In this document: in pieces, positions 1-11,166 of the stretch | Numbering within the stretch: the stretch's first letter is position 1 | How the letters are laid out: every line of letters begins with the position of its first letter | Notes under the pieces: model-generated | Database searches by the model: none | Told to the model about the DNA's origin: nothing | The model's input: the letters and a program-made list of their open reading frames with translations, nothing else | Assembly: GCF_032191835.1 (NCBI RefSeq) | Contig: NC_083223.1 | Location: 252,340,001-252,404,000 of the forward strand | Origin: Heteronotia binoei | Taxonomy: Eukaryota | Reading direction: 5' to 3' | Length of the DNA: 64,000 bases | Made by a program: the position numbers and the translations under genes

Positions 1-141
1 GGCATCACCCACATAGCCCAAGTCTTTTCCATTGTAGCTCCGGCTCTATGGAATAGGCTCCTAGAAGAGGTGAGGGCCCCCCCTCCATGGAAAACTTCAG
101 GAGGCGCTGCCAGGGCTTTTGAGGGGAGTTAAATGGTAGCC

Positions 142-430
142 ATAGAACCATAGAATCACAGAGTTGGAAGGGGCTCAATGCATCCCTGAGCATCCCTGAC
201 AAGTGTTTGTTCAGCTGCTGCCTAAAGACTGCTGTTGAAGGGGAGCTCACCACCTCCCTAGGGAGCTGATTCCACTTTGAACAAACTGTAAACAAAGGTT
301 TTCCTAATATCCAGACGGTACCTTCCTGCCCTTAATTTAAACCCATTCTTGTGAGTCCTCTCCTCTGCTGCCAACAGGAACGGCTCCCTGCCCTCCTCTA
401 AGTGACAGCCCTTCAAATACTTAGAGAGAG
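142..430 (-). mobile_element. CR1 LINE 3' fragment
   Basis: catagaatcacagagttggaagg...tgacagcccttcaaatactt resembles the reverse complement of a CR1 3' end; boundaries approximate. Confidence 0.6.
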
Positions 431-1028
431 AAATCTGGTCAGTTTCAACAGTGGGTTTTCCTCCTTTGCCAGCCTGCCTTACTGTTCCGTTTCATTCAAC
501 AAATGAATGTTAAAATGCATGCGCAAAATCTGAACCACAAAGATTTAAATGGAAGGAGCTTGCTGGATGCTACTGCTCAGCTGCAATAGGACAACTGTGT
601 AAATTTTAAAATAAGCTTTGGATGCCACCCCTCACAACATGTTCTACCCTGATTTAGAAAAGTGTGGTCTTTAACATTGTAGCTGCTGAATAAATACAAC
701 GGAGAAAAAAGAATGGTACGTAAGGCAGGCACAAAATCCAAGGTCAAAATTAAAGGCTTGCTGCTCTGAAAATCTGCAGTAAAATGTGCACGTGTAATAG
801 ACCCAGAAGTCAAAACACAGAACTGAAGCAAACACGGTAAATGACACAAAATTATATAGGATCCAGCTTATGGCAGTCTATACGCAGTAGTATGGACCAC
901 AGTCCTTAATAGTTTGTCCAAGTAAATTTGTGAATAATTTTGTGCAGTGCTACCCTATTGCCTTGGTAGAAAAGCCCTCTTGAAAATTATTTTTCCACAT
1001 TGCAAACTCAGCCACATTGCAAATTTAC

Positions 1029-4000
1029 CTTTTAGCCTTTCTCTCTGCCAGCCCCTGGAACTCTGGGGCAGAATTTGAAGCCAGCAAGGAGCTGGGGGTG
1101 GGGAGGGGAGTAATATGAAGGAGGAGGAATGCTCAGCTTTGAAGATGAATGTCAGTTCTCGGCTGCACCCTGCTGGTTTTCTGGCAGAAGACTAGCCACG
1201 ACCTTTTTGGCATCAGCCTAACCCAAATGGGCCAAGTGTCTTGTTAGGCAGCAGAAAGGGAATGCAGTGGCTTTCCAGGTTGCTCACAGATGGTGCCAAG
1301 GGTCAGCATGGTGAGGCAATTGCCTAGGCCCATCTTTCTAGCAAAGGGCCCACTGCAAATTGGAGACAGACAGCCCATATGCTCCTTAGAAGCTACTTAC
1401 AAATATTGCCTGTGCTGTCCCAGGGGCAATATCTCATTTCCTGATGGGAAAAAAGCACGGTTCTTTTGTTCTCCTGACACCGAGGGGGCCTAAAAAGGGG
1501 CAAAACACTTGTGCTCTGTACTCTCCTCCAGGGTGTGTCTGTGCATGCACATGAAGAGCAGTGTGCTTACCGGAAGAGGGCAGCATTTGGAGGCATACTG
1601 GCTGATCCCCCCCACACCCCGCCGCCCCCCCCCCCCAGCAGATGACGCTTAATAGCCCACTATGTCCCAATGCTAATGCAATCCACATAGTCCGTTCCCC
1701 AAGTCCAAAAACGGAAAACCAAGGGCTCTCACTTTCATATCCAGTTCTGTGAGAGACAGAGACATGGGGAGGGGAGGGCGGGATTAGTGTCTCAAATCAG
1801 GAGAGCCTAGGAGTCATTTTGGGACCATTGTCCTTTATTCCTTTCCTTCCTCCTATCCTCACAACAACCCTAAGAGGCAGGTCAGGCCGACAGACAAAAA
1901 TGGGCCCTATGTAAGAAATCACTGGGAGGAGAATTGCTCTTCTTCTAAATTTTTAACAAACGTGCGGCACTGTGAGTGTCAATGTGTTGAGAATCCCAAT
2001 GAAGACAGATGGAGACCATCTCCATTTAGCCATGAAGCTTTCTTGGAGAACCAGTCATTCCTTCTCAATCTAACATACTTAACAGGGTTGTTGTTAGGGT
2101 AATAAGAGGAGAGGGCTTCTCAGGGGAAAGTGGGATAAAAATGTACTAGATGGAAAATTATTTCAAAGGTAACCATGTTGGTCTGCAATAGAACAGTTAG
2201 AGACCAACAAAAGTTACTGGACTCAAATCCAGATGGAATATGAGGAAGATCAGGAAGGACAAGTGGGAGTTAGGACCCAGGAGACAGGTGGGGAGAGGAA
2301 GAGGAATTACCTGAGCAGGTTATGTGCTGAAAGGGTTGCCAGAGAAGCAATTTCAGTTCGCATTGCCTAAAGCAGAAGAACATTGCCTTCTGTAATCACA
2401 CATGCAACTTTTTAAATTAAAAAATGAAATTAATTACATTTTGAGGGCAGCCTGCCTGCTCCTCTTCTGAGAGACGGATAGGATCTTTCAATGTCACTTG
2501 TTGGTTGATGTTAGCTTTGGCTCTGTGATAGAACATCTGCTTGGCATGCAGAAGGTCCCAAGTTCAGTCCCAAGCATCTCCAGTTAAAAAGAATTAAGTA
2601 CTCTCTCTCTCTCTCTAGGTGCTGTGAAATACCTCTGCATAAGACCCTGGACAGCTGCTGCTAATTGGAACAGACAGTGTATTTACCACAATCAGCCCTG
2701 GACTGACCATGAAGCAAAATAAGCACATGCTTTTTGCACCAAGGGAAGGGGGGCACCACAGAGGTTCCCCCCCCCCCAGCTATCATGCCCTTAACTCTTT
2801 CAATGCCACACTCAACTTTAGTGTTAAATATATATTTAACAAGTTGACATTTAATATAGTTGTGGGGTTTGGCCTGGAAGAAAACTGAAGTTTTAATCTC
2901 TTATTTCACCTTCATGTCTTGTCAGTTATGTTTTAGGGCGTGTGAGCAAGAGCCCCCTATTTTTACTCATATACAGACATCGTGATTACTAGTTTGGGTG
3001 CCAAGGTGCCTGTAAATTCAACTCACACACATCTGCTTGAAGACATAAGTTTTATCTACTGTTCTGAGAGACTTATGTGGATACCAGGGGGCTCATCTTT
3101 ACAGCAGCATCCTCTACTTCTTAATGGGGGCTAACCAGGAATGGTGACAAGCTCCCAGCCGCTCCATGCGGGCACAGTCTTGGCCGTTGCAGTGGAAGAA
3201 GTCGCACCACCATAAGCTGTCCAGTCAAGCGGTTTCCAGCCCGTTCCATGAAGGCTACATACCAATGGTGACAGCACTAAACTCTTCCTGCCCAGCCAGA
3301 CTCCATGATAGAGAAATGAAAGGCTCGCATATCCAACAGCAGCTGCTTCAACATCTGCATAAGGCAATTAAGCTTAACTTGGGCAGATTGCCCAAGCCTT
3401 TGTCTAATGGAACTCTAGACAAAGAATGGTGCCAGCCAGAGGAGGAAGAAGAGGAAAACCGCCTGAATCCAAGAGCCAGAGCTATTGTGTAAACCAGGTG
3501 TCACCTTAGATATTGATTTGGCCCTCTATTGTCATTTTAGATACTTGTGTTAATCCCCTTCACCCAGACCTGACCACCCACACTGTCATTTTGGAGCCTC
3601 CTCTTCTCTGAGGTAATATACCATGTGATACAGCATCATGTGCCATCTGACCCTGTGTCATAAGCCCCTGGACCGCCTACCCCCTAAGGGCTCAAGGTAG
3701 TCTTTACAACCTCTGACCCAACGCCCCAGATGTGTGCATCTGACAGTACTCCTACCCTGCTGTGTAGATATACCCCTCCCCCCCCATACCTGATCAGTTG
3801 AGGGTCCTCCCCAATATTCCTTTATGTCGCCATTGGAGCCTTCCTTGAAGACTCTCTCTCTCGGCTTGGCTTCGCGAACGAAGATTTAAGAAGGGTGCAA
3901 TAGTCCACGTTTGCTGCAGGCTCGCTGGTGGCTGACAAGACCAATGCGGGACAGGCAGGTCCGGCCACAGTAGCTGCAGGGAAAAGTCTGATTTGGGGTT

Positions 4001-6742
4001 GGTGCTGTAGCAGTGCGATTCTTCCTCAATCTCCTTTTGTCCTCAAGACCAGCTATGCGTGCGTTCTCAAAGGAAGAGACAGCCTGGTGGATGGTGTGCC
4101 TCCATGCTTTGCGATCTGAGGCTAGGTCAGACCACTGGTGATGGTTGATGTGACAGGTGCTAAGGGATTTCTTCAAGGAGTCCTTGTACCTCTTCTTTGG
4201 TGCCCCTCTATTTCGATGGCCGGTGGAGAGTTCGCCATACAGGGCAATCTTGGGAAGGCGGTGGTTTTCCATCCTAGAAATATGCCCTGCCCAGCGCAGC
4301 TGCGTCTTCAACAGCAGTGCCTCGATGCTGGTAACCTCTGCCCGCTTGAGGACTTCAGTGTTGGTCACAAAGTCACTCCAGTGGATGTTGAGGATGGTGC
4401 GAAGGCAGCGCTGATGAAAGCGCTCAAGGAGTCGCAGGTGATGACGGTATAAAACCCACGATTCGGAGCCATAGATGAGGGTTGTCATCACAACAGCTTT
4501 GTAAACATTGATCTTTGTGCCTTTTTTCAGATGCTTGTTGCTCCACACTCTTTTGTGCAGTCGGCCAAATGCACGGTTTGCCTTTGCCAGCCTGTTGTCA
4601 ATCTCCTTGTCGATCTTGGCATCTGAGGAGATGATGCACCCCAGGTAGCTGAACTGCTGGACTGTCTTCAGAACTGATTCACCCACAGTGATGCAAGGAG
4701 GGTGATAATCTTCCTGGGGTGCAGGCTGGTGGAGAACTTCTGTCTTCTTCAGACTAACTTCTAGGCCGAATAGCTTGGCAGCCTCTGCAAAGCAGGACGT
4801 CATATGCTGCAGAGCTGATGCCGAGTGGGAGATGAGTGCAGCATCATCAGCAAACAGTAGCTCTCGGATGAGTTTTTCCATTGTCTTGGAGTGTGCCTTT
4901 AGTCGCCTCAGGTTGAACAGGCTGCCATCGGTGCGATAGCGGATGTAGACACCATAGTCCTCATCTAGATCTACTGCGGCTCTTTGAAGCATCATGCTAA
5001 AGAAGATCGTAAAGAGAGTTGGCGCAAGAACGCAGCCTTGCTTTACACCTGTGCCTATTGGGAAGGACTCCGAGAGGTCGTTGCAGTGTCTGACTTGGCC
5101 TCGCTGGTCTTCGTGTAGCTGGATGATCATGCTGAGGAACCTTGGGGGACATCCTAAACGTTCCAAGATTTGCCACAGGCCTTTCCTGCTAACGGTATCG
5201 AAAGCTTTGGTAAGGTCGACAAAAGTCACATACAGACCCTTGTTCTGTTCCCTGCATTTCTCTTGCAGCTGCCTGAGAACAAATACCTTGAAGACTACGA
5301 TAGGCAAATATTACCCTGTTTGTCCACCTCGTGTTTACCCCTGTCCATTTCAACACTATTTTCTTAGGCCTGTATGTTTGTTGTATGATTTTATACCCTT
5401 GTATATGCCTATGTTTTTACAATAAAAACCCCTTGATTGTTAGACCATACCTCCTTGTTATTGGGTGATTTCCCAATGAGAAATCCTCTGTATACACAGA
5501 TTCATAAGATCTCGCTAAAGCCTAACTGCCAACCTGTTAATTCCCAAGACTAAATTTTAGGGCAATTTAGGAACAGGCGTTAGTTGGCCTTAATCCAGCC
5601 CTGACCAGAGAGCCAGTTTGGTGTAGAGCAGGGTTTCCCAGACTTTTCTTTCCTGTGGCCCGGTTAATTTTACACTTCTCCTTCGTGGCCCACTAAAATT
5701 TGGGGGTGGAGCCAAGAGACTTTGGTGGTGCAGTCAGAAGACAGGAATTATGTCATTTCCTCTGGTTTCAAGGGCCAAGTGATGTCACTTCTGGGGCATA
5801 CTGAACCACTGAATCCACCTTTTCCTGTGATGTCACTTCCAGGGTACTCCCCCAAACCTGTCTCTTCTGAAGTAACTTCGTTTTCAGAAAAATCTCTCTG
5901 AAACTCATGCTGAGCCAAAATGGGGGTGGAAAGTGGGTGGTCCTCTCTTTCCACTCCCACACCTGCATGCACCTGTTTGTGTGTTCTTCTCCAGCTTGCA
6001 AGCACTCCTAATGCCCATGTTCAATTGCCTGCACCACCTACACACCCCTTCCTCAACAGCACTGGTCAGTGTATGCAGTTGGGAGTGCTGTTGCCATTCC
6101 CATCAGGAATGACAGCACTGTGTATCACCCACACTGGGCCCTGGCAGCTGCTCTACCTCAAAATATGCTGAAACATTTAGTAGGCCCTTCCTTCAGCTGC
6201 TACTTCTGGAACCCTGCCTCAAGCTACAACCAAGTTTGCTTGGTTTTAGGAAAATCTTTTGACAGCTATTTTTCATACTTTTCTTTGGCTGAAACACTGG
6301 GAAATTGCTGTGAAAGACAGCCGAGAATTGTACTGCAATTAATGAATTAATTTCCAGTTATATGAAGTTCATACAAGCTTTTCTGTAGTTATCCCAAAAA
6401 GGATATTTATGAGGGGCCTGCAGCTTTTTACTGGCTGTGTTTCCCATGCCTTTAAAAGCAACCTGTTTTGCAGATATTTAGCCAGTGAACTTCTTTCATT
6501 CTTTTTAATATCTATAGGAGTTTAATTTTGGTGTCAGACAGCTGTTAAAAGCAGGACCAGTAAAATGGTGCCAAGTTCATAGTACCATCACTTCCAGTGC
6601 TGTTGAGATATACTGCAGTAATCTCCAATAATCTCTTTCTGCCCCACACCTGTCACTCTCACTCACTCACACAGAAATCTCATAGAAAGGCCAGCTGGCT
6701 ACAACTGGGGGTGCCAACTTTTCATTGGCAGAGCTCCTATGT
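1029..6742 (-). CDS. Putative multi-exon gene of small exons, product unidentified
   Basis: Candidate exons 6742-6671, 6307-6279, 3354-3263, 2702-2687, 2466-2438, 2326-2311, 1746-1733, 1062-1029. Each has a YAG acceptor and GT donor, and they join into 100 stop-free codons. Exons were picked by eye; no homolog recognised. Confidence 0.4.
3488..5600 (+). mobile_element. Possible solo LTR split by the RTE insertion (~3488-3853 plus ~5297-5600)
   Basis: TG start, pyrimidine-rich body, AATAAA near 5421; no TSD found. Confidence 0.3.
3854..5285 (-). mobile_element. RTE-clade LINE, 5'-truncated, open RT ORF with C-terminal C2HC-type zinc finger
   Basis: ORF 3886-5307 (FVDLTKAFDTV, GVKQGCVLAP, LLFADD, CSYCGRTCLSRIGLVSHQRAC); (GA)n tail; 11-bp TSD CCTTGAAGACT at 3843-3853 and 5286-5296. 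Confidence 0.95.
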
Positions 6743-7687
6743 CTGCAACAACAGTATGATGAACAGAAAAGTCTCATCCAGTAAAAATGGAAGGAAAGAA
6801 AGGGAAAGAAGGAAATAGGAGAGGAAAAGAAGTCATGGAAAGAAAGAACATAAGAGGAGCTATGTTGGATCAGGCCAGTGGACTATCCAGTAAAAAATTC
6901 TCTCATACAATGCCCAAAAAGCACCAGAATGTCCACCAGTGGGGTCAGGGCACTAGAAGCCCTCCCACTGTTGCTTCCTCCCCTCCCAGCACCAAGAATA
7001 CAAACNNNNNNNNNNNNNNNNNNNNNNNNNNNNNNNNNNNNNNNNNNNNNNNNNNNNNNNNNNNNNNNNNNNNNNNNNNNNNNNNNNNNNNNNNNNNNNN
7101 NNNNNNNNNNNNNNNNNNNNNNNNNNNNNNNNNNNNNNNNNNNNNNNNNNNNNNNNNNCTTTCTCACCATCAGATGACCCCAGCCAGCAACAATTCTGCC
7201 CAGGGGTCATTTGGTAAAAAAAATAGCTACTGGAATGCCCACTCCCTGCCCCTCCTGGCTGAAAAACACACACCCTTCTTTACCTCCCAGGCCTCCCGGG
7301 GAAATCTCCCCAAAAGAGCACATGAACGCACATGACAGCTCATACCTTGAAGAACACTTCATGGGTCTAAAGTGCCAGTGGACTCCAGCTTTTCTCTTAA
7401 ACACTGGGAGGGGGGGAGAAGGAAGGAGAGGCAGCCCAGCTCCTCTCCGCACAACAGAGATGGGGGAAGGAAGGAAGCCAAACAGAGCTCAGGCTTTGCA
7501 GCCTGTGTCAATCTTCAAGGCTAGCTTTTCTCTGCACAACAGAGAGACGGGAAGGAAGGAAGCAGAGCAGAGGTCATGCTTTGCTAGGGTGGGGTGGGGT
7601 GGGGCTAGCTTTGGCTTTTCTTGTGACCCGGTAGTGAGGCTTCTGTGGCCTGGTACTGGGTCACGACCCTGGAAATGGGAAACACTG
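5629..7687. mobile_element. hAT-like terminal inverted repeats (one composite element or two half-elements)
   Basis: CAGGGTTTCCCA at 5629 vs TGGGAAACACTG ending 7687 (11/12 inverted match); flanks GTGTAGAG and ATGTAGAG. Confidence 0.5.
7006..7158. other. Assembly gap (153 N)
   Basis: Run of N. Confidence 1.
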
Positions 7688-7692
7688 ATGTA

Positions 7693-7968
7693 GAGAGCCA
7701 GTTTGGTGTAGTGGTTAAGTGCACACTCTTATCTGGGAGAACCAGGTTTGATTCCCCACTCCTCCACTTGCACCTGCTGGAATGGCCTTGGATCAGCCAT
7801 AGCTCTCGTAGGACTTGTCCTTGGAAGGGCAGCTGCTGGAAGAGCTCCCTCAGCCCCACCTACCTCACAAGGAGTTTGTTGTTGTGGGGGGGGGGAGGTA
7901 AAGATTATGACTGCTCTAGGACTGAGATTCAGAGTATAGAGTGGGATATAAATCCAGTATCTTCTTCG
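7693..7968 (+). mobile_element. tRNA-head SINE (gagagccagtttggtgtagtggttaag family); other copies ~17123-17395 (+), ~42221-42500 (+), ~45900-46173 (-)
   Basis: A/B-box-like head and a shared body ending in a (TCT)n tail; copies align by eye. Confidence 0.8.
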
Positions 7969-8221
7969 TCTTCTACCACAATGGACTAATGCTCTGATTC
8001 AAGTGGATAGCTGTGTTGGTCTGAAGCAGTAGAACAAAGTTCAAGACCAGTGGCATCTTTAAGCCCAACAAAGTTTAATTCTGGGTAGAAGCACACTTCT
8101 TCAGTGTGCATGCACATGAAAGCTTCTACCCAGAATTAAATTTTGCTGTTCTTAAAGGTGCCACTGGACTTGAAGTTTGTTCTCCTGCTTCAGTATAAGT
8201 TAGTGTTATGTGTATTCCTAA

Positions 8222-8398
8222 AAAGGTAAAGGTAGTCCCCTGTGCAAGCACCAGTAGTTTTTCGACTCTGGGGTGACGTTGCTTTCACAACGATTTCATG
8301 GCATACTCTTTACGCGGTTGTGTGCCATTGCCTTCCCCAGTCATCTACACTTTCCCCCCAGCAAGCTGGGTACTCATTTTACCGACCTCGGAAGGATC
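8222..8398 (-). mobile_element. Sauria-type SINE, partial
   Basis: aaaggtaaaggtagtcccctgtgcaagcacc, the reverse complement of the (ACCTTT)n BovB-like tail. Confidence 0.85.
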
Positions 8399-8849
8399 CC
8401 TAGTGGGTAGCAAATACTGGGAAATTCAGACAGATTCGGGTGACCAGCTGTGTTGGTCTGAGCAGTAGAACAAAGCAGGAGTCCAATGGTACATTTAAGT
8501 CACTGACTTGTTAACTGTTTTATTGGTTTCTCATGCAGATCTATCCAGATCAACTGTTCTTTCAATTTGTTAATTTCACTATTTTGCCATTGGATTCTAG
8601 CTCTGTACCACTTTGTATTATTTTCTTAACCACTCAGCACTGCTTACCGTACCCCATTCCATTATCTGATGAAATAAGCATGCACACGCTTACATTCTGA
8701 ATAAAACTCTGTTGGTCTAAAAGATGCTACTGAACTCCTACTTTGTTCTACTGGGAAATTCAGAAGCTAGAATGAAATAATATTATCTAGCTTTTATCAT
8801 CCACCGTTGGCTTTGCTGGCAGGAGGAAAGCCCTACACTGCAGGTGAGG

Positions 8850-9760
8850 AATCTGAGCATCCTTTAGTTCTTCAGGAAGGAGACCCCTCCGAGATTGGCC
8901 CTGCGTGCCCGGGGAAGAAAGGCTGCGCGGACCGCGTGCGGCGGCCAGCGGGAAGGCAGAGAGCGACCCTCCCTCTTTGCAGCCGGGCGCTTTTGCGCAG
9001 CTCCCAGGCGCCCAGGGAAGGCACAGGCGGCCAGCCTCCATTTCCCAGCCAGCCTCTCCGCCCTGGGGCAGCCCCCCTTCTTTTTTCAGGCCAGGCTTGG
9101 ACCAGCTGCGCCACAGCATCGCCTCGTGCACACCGGGCCGCCAGCGGAGCGCCCCTGACCAAAGCGCCCCCGAGCTCGCCTTGGCGCCGCCGGCTGCTCT
9201 CTGGCCAGAGCGCGAGAGGCGCTTCCTTCCCTCGCTCCCCTCCTCGTCCCGACTCCGCCACTTGGGGGCTTTGGGCCCCCTCCCATCACATGATGCAGCC
9301 GGAGAACATGGCGCAGGCCTAGGCAAGCCAGGCAGGTGGGCGCAGCGCGGGGTGGCGGCGGCGCGCCGAGCAGGAGACCGGCCGGGCTGTGCAGGTGAGG
9401 GGCCCGCGGGCGAGAAGGAGAGGGAAGCGCCGCCAGGCTCTCCGCGGCGGCGGCGGCTGCCTTATCCAGAGCCTGGGCCGGGTAGGACCTGGCGGTTCAC
9501 CGGAGGGGGTGGGGGCAGGAGGGTCGCCGAGCTTGGCGAGCTGCGCGGCGAGAAACCCTCTTCGTTGCTGCGCCTGCCCTGGGAAGGATGCGCGGGCGCC
9601 CGCCGGGCTGGGCCTGGGCTCCGGCTGCTTCCTGCCGGCTCTCTGGAGACGGCCTTGGCGGCCCTGAAAGCTACCGCTGCGGCCTGCTGCAAGGGTCTGC
9701 TGGGATCCCCGGGCAGAGTTCGCAGTCCAAAGAGCGTCTTGGGGCCCAGTCATAGGGTTT
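8850..9760. promoter_or_regulatory. CpG island; likely promoter and 5'UTR exon of the RBM gene, possibly bidirectional
   Basis: Very GC/CpG-rich; donor CAG|GTGAGG at 9394/9395 can pair with the acceptor at 10178/10179. Confidence 0.75.
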
Positions 9761-10209
9761 CCAACCTCCAGGTGACGGGTGGAGATCTCCCGGAATGATA
9801 GCTTGATCTCCAGACTACATACATCATTAATGTATTTATTTATTTAAAACATTTGTTCCATAAGAACATAAGAGAAGCCATGTTGCATCAGGCCAATGTC
9901 CCATCCAGTCCAACACTCTGTGTCACACAGTGGCCAAAAAAACCCAGGATACTAGAAGCCCACCTCTCCTGGAGAAAATGGCTGCTCTGGAAGGTGGCTG
10001 CATGTATGGCACTATCCCCTACCATAGTCCTTCCCCTCCCTAAAGCCCACCCTCCTAGGCTCCACCCTCAGATCTCCAGGTATTTCCAAACCCAGATGCT
10101 GGCAATAGAACCGGGCAGGTGAGGGGCCTCTAAATTGTATCCTGAGAGCTAACCCCCTCCTCCTGTCTTTTCATCAAGGGATTCCTGGCCAGGGGGCCCC
10201 TTCGCTGCC

Positions 10210-11166
10210 ATGGTGAAGATTTTTGTCGGGGGGCTGTCTCCAGTGGTCACGGCTGAAGAGCTGCGCAAGCTGTTTGAGCAGTATGGCCAGGTGAACGAGT
10301 GCGACATCCTGAAGAACTTTGCCTTTGTGCACATGGAGAAGGAGGATGAGGCGCACCAGGCCATCAGCTCCCTCCACAAAAGCGAGTTCTTCGGGGCCCA
10401 CTTGACCGTGGAGTATGCCACCTCCAAGATCCGTAATGCCACCAAGATCTACGTGGGCAACGTTTCTGCCAAGGCCACCACTGCCCAGATCAGGCAGCTC
10501 TTTGAAAGGTTTGGCAAAGTGGTAGAGTGCGACATCGTGAAGAACTACGCCTTCGTGCACATGGCGAAGGAGCGGGAAGCCATGGATGCCATCTTGAACC
10601 TGAACGACACCCCCTTGGAGGACCAGAAAATCTTTGTCACCCTCTCAAAGAGCAATGGCTCCCTCCGGGCCACTAAGGGGGCTGCTGTACCCACCCCACC
10701 GACCCCGACTCCGAGCTACTATTTCTCTAGGGGTCGCATTCCCACTCCTGCCACGACATACACTCCCTACTGCCCCAGGGCTTGGTACGACAGAGAGTAT
10801 TGTGACCGCTACTCCTACGAGCTCTACGACCGGGCCCGGGCAGCCTACGACAGGGCCTTGCCATCCGCAGCACCCGCCACCCCAGCTGCATACAGGGAAA
10901 GAAGCCCAGTGGGCAGGCGGACAGCAACCTCCACCGCCGTCATGGCCCAGTACACTGATCCTTATGCTGCCGCTGCAGCTGCTGCTGCTGCCGCCGCCGC
11001 CAACCAAACATACAGCCAAGCCTACAGCCAGCCTGGGTATGCAGCCGCCGCTGCTGCCGCCGCCGCCACATACTCCCAGTACAGCATTGGCACCGCCTAC
11101 AATGTGGCGGAATACTACGAGAGGTATGCCAGTGCCTACGCTGCCCAGTATGCGCAGACGTTCTGA
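10210..11166 (+). CDS. RBM4/RBM14-family RNA-binding protein: two RRMs, Tyr/Ala-rich tail, no CCHC knuckle
   Basis: 318-aa ORF with Kozak gccATGG; RRM1 KIFVGGL/KNFAFVHM, RRM2 KIYVGNV/KNYAFVHM; polyAla tracts; 5'UTR acceptor at 10178/10179 (ctaac branch plus pyrimidine tract); GTAAGT at 11185. Confidence 0.92.
   Translation: MVKIFVGGLSPVVTAEELRKLFEQYGQVNECDILKNFAFVHMEKEDEAHQAISSLHKSEFFGAHLTVEYATSKIRNATKIYVGNVSAKATTAQIRQLFERFGKVVECDIVKNYAFVHMAKEREAMDAILNLNDTPLEDQKIFVTLSKSNGSLRATKGAAVPTPPTPTPSYYFSRGRIPTPATTYTPYCPRAWYDREYCDRYSYELYDRARAAYDRALPSAAPATPAAYRERSPVGRRTATSTAVMAQYTDPYAAAAAAAAAAAANQTYSQAYSQPGYAAAAAAAAATYSQYSIGTAYNVAEYYERYASAYAAQYAQTF

Noticed and set aside
6787-7335. ORFs spanning the N run
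   Set aside because: Artefacts of the assembly gap joining a CR1 fragment to a DNA-element fragment
8787-9798. Long overlapping ORFs (up to 297 aa) on both strands
   Set aside because: Expected stop-codon depletion in a CpG island; no domain recognised
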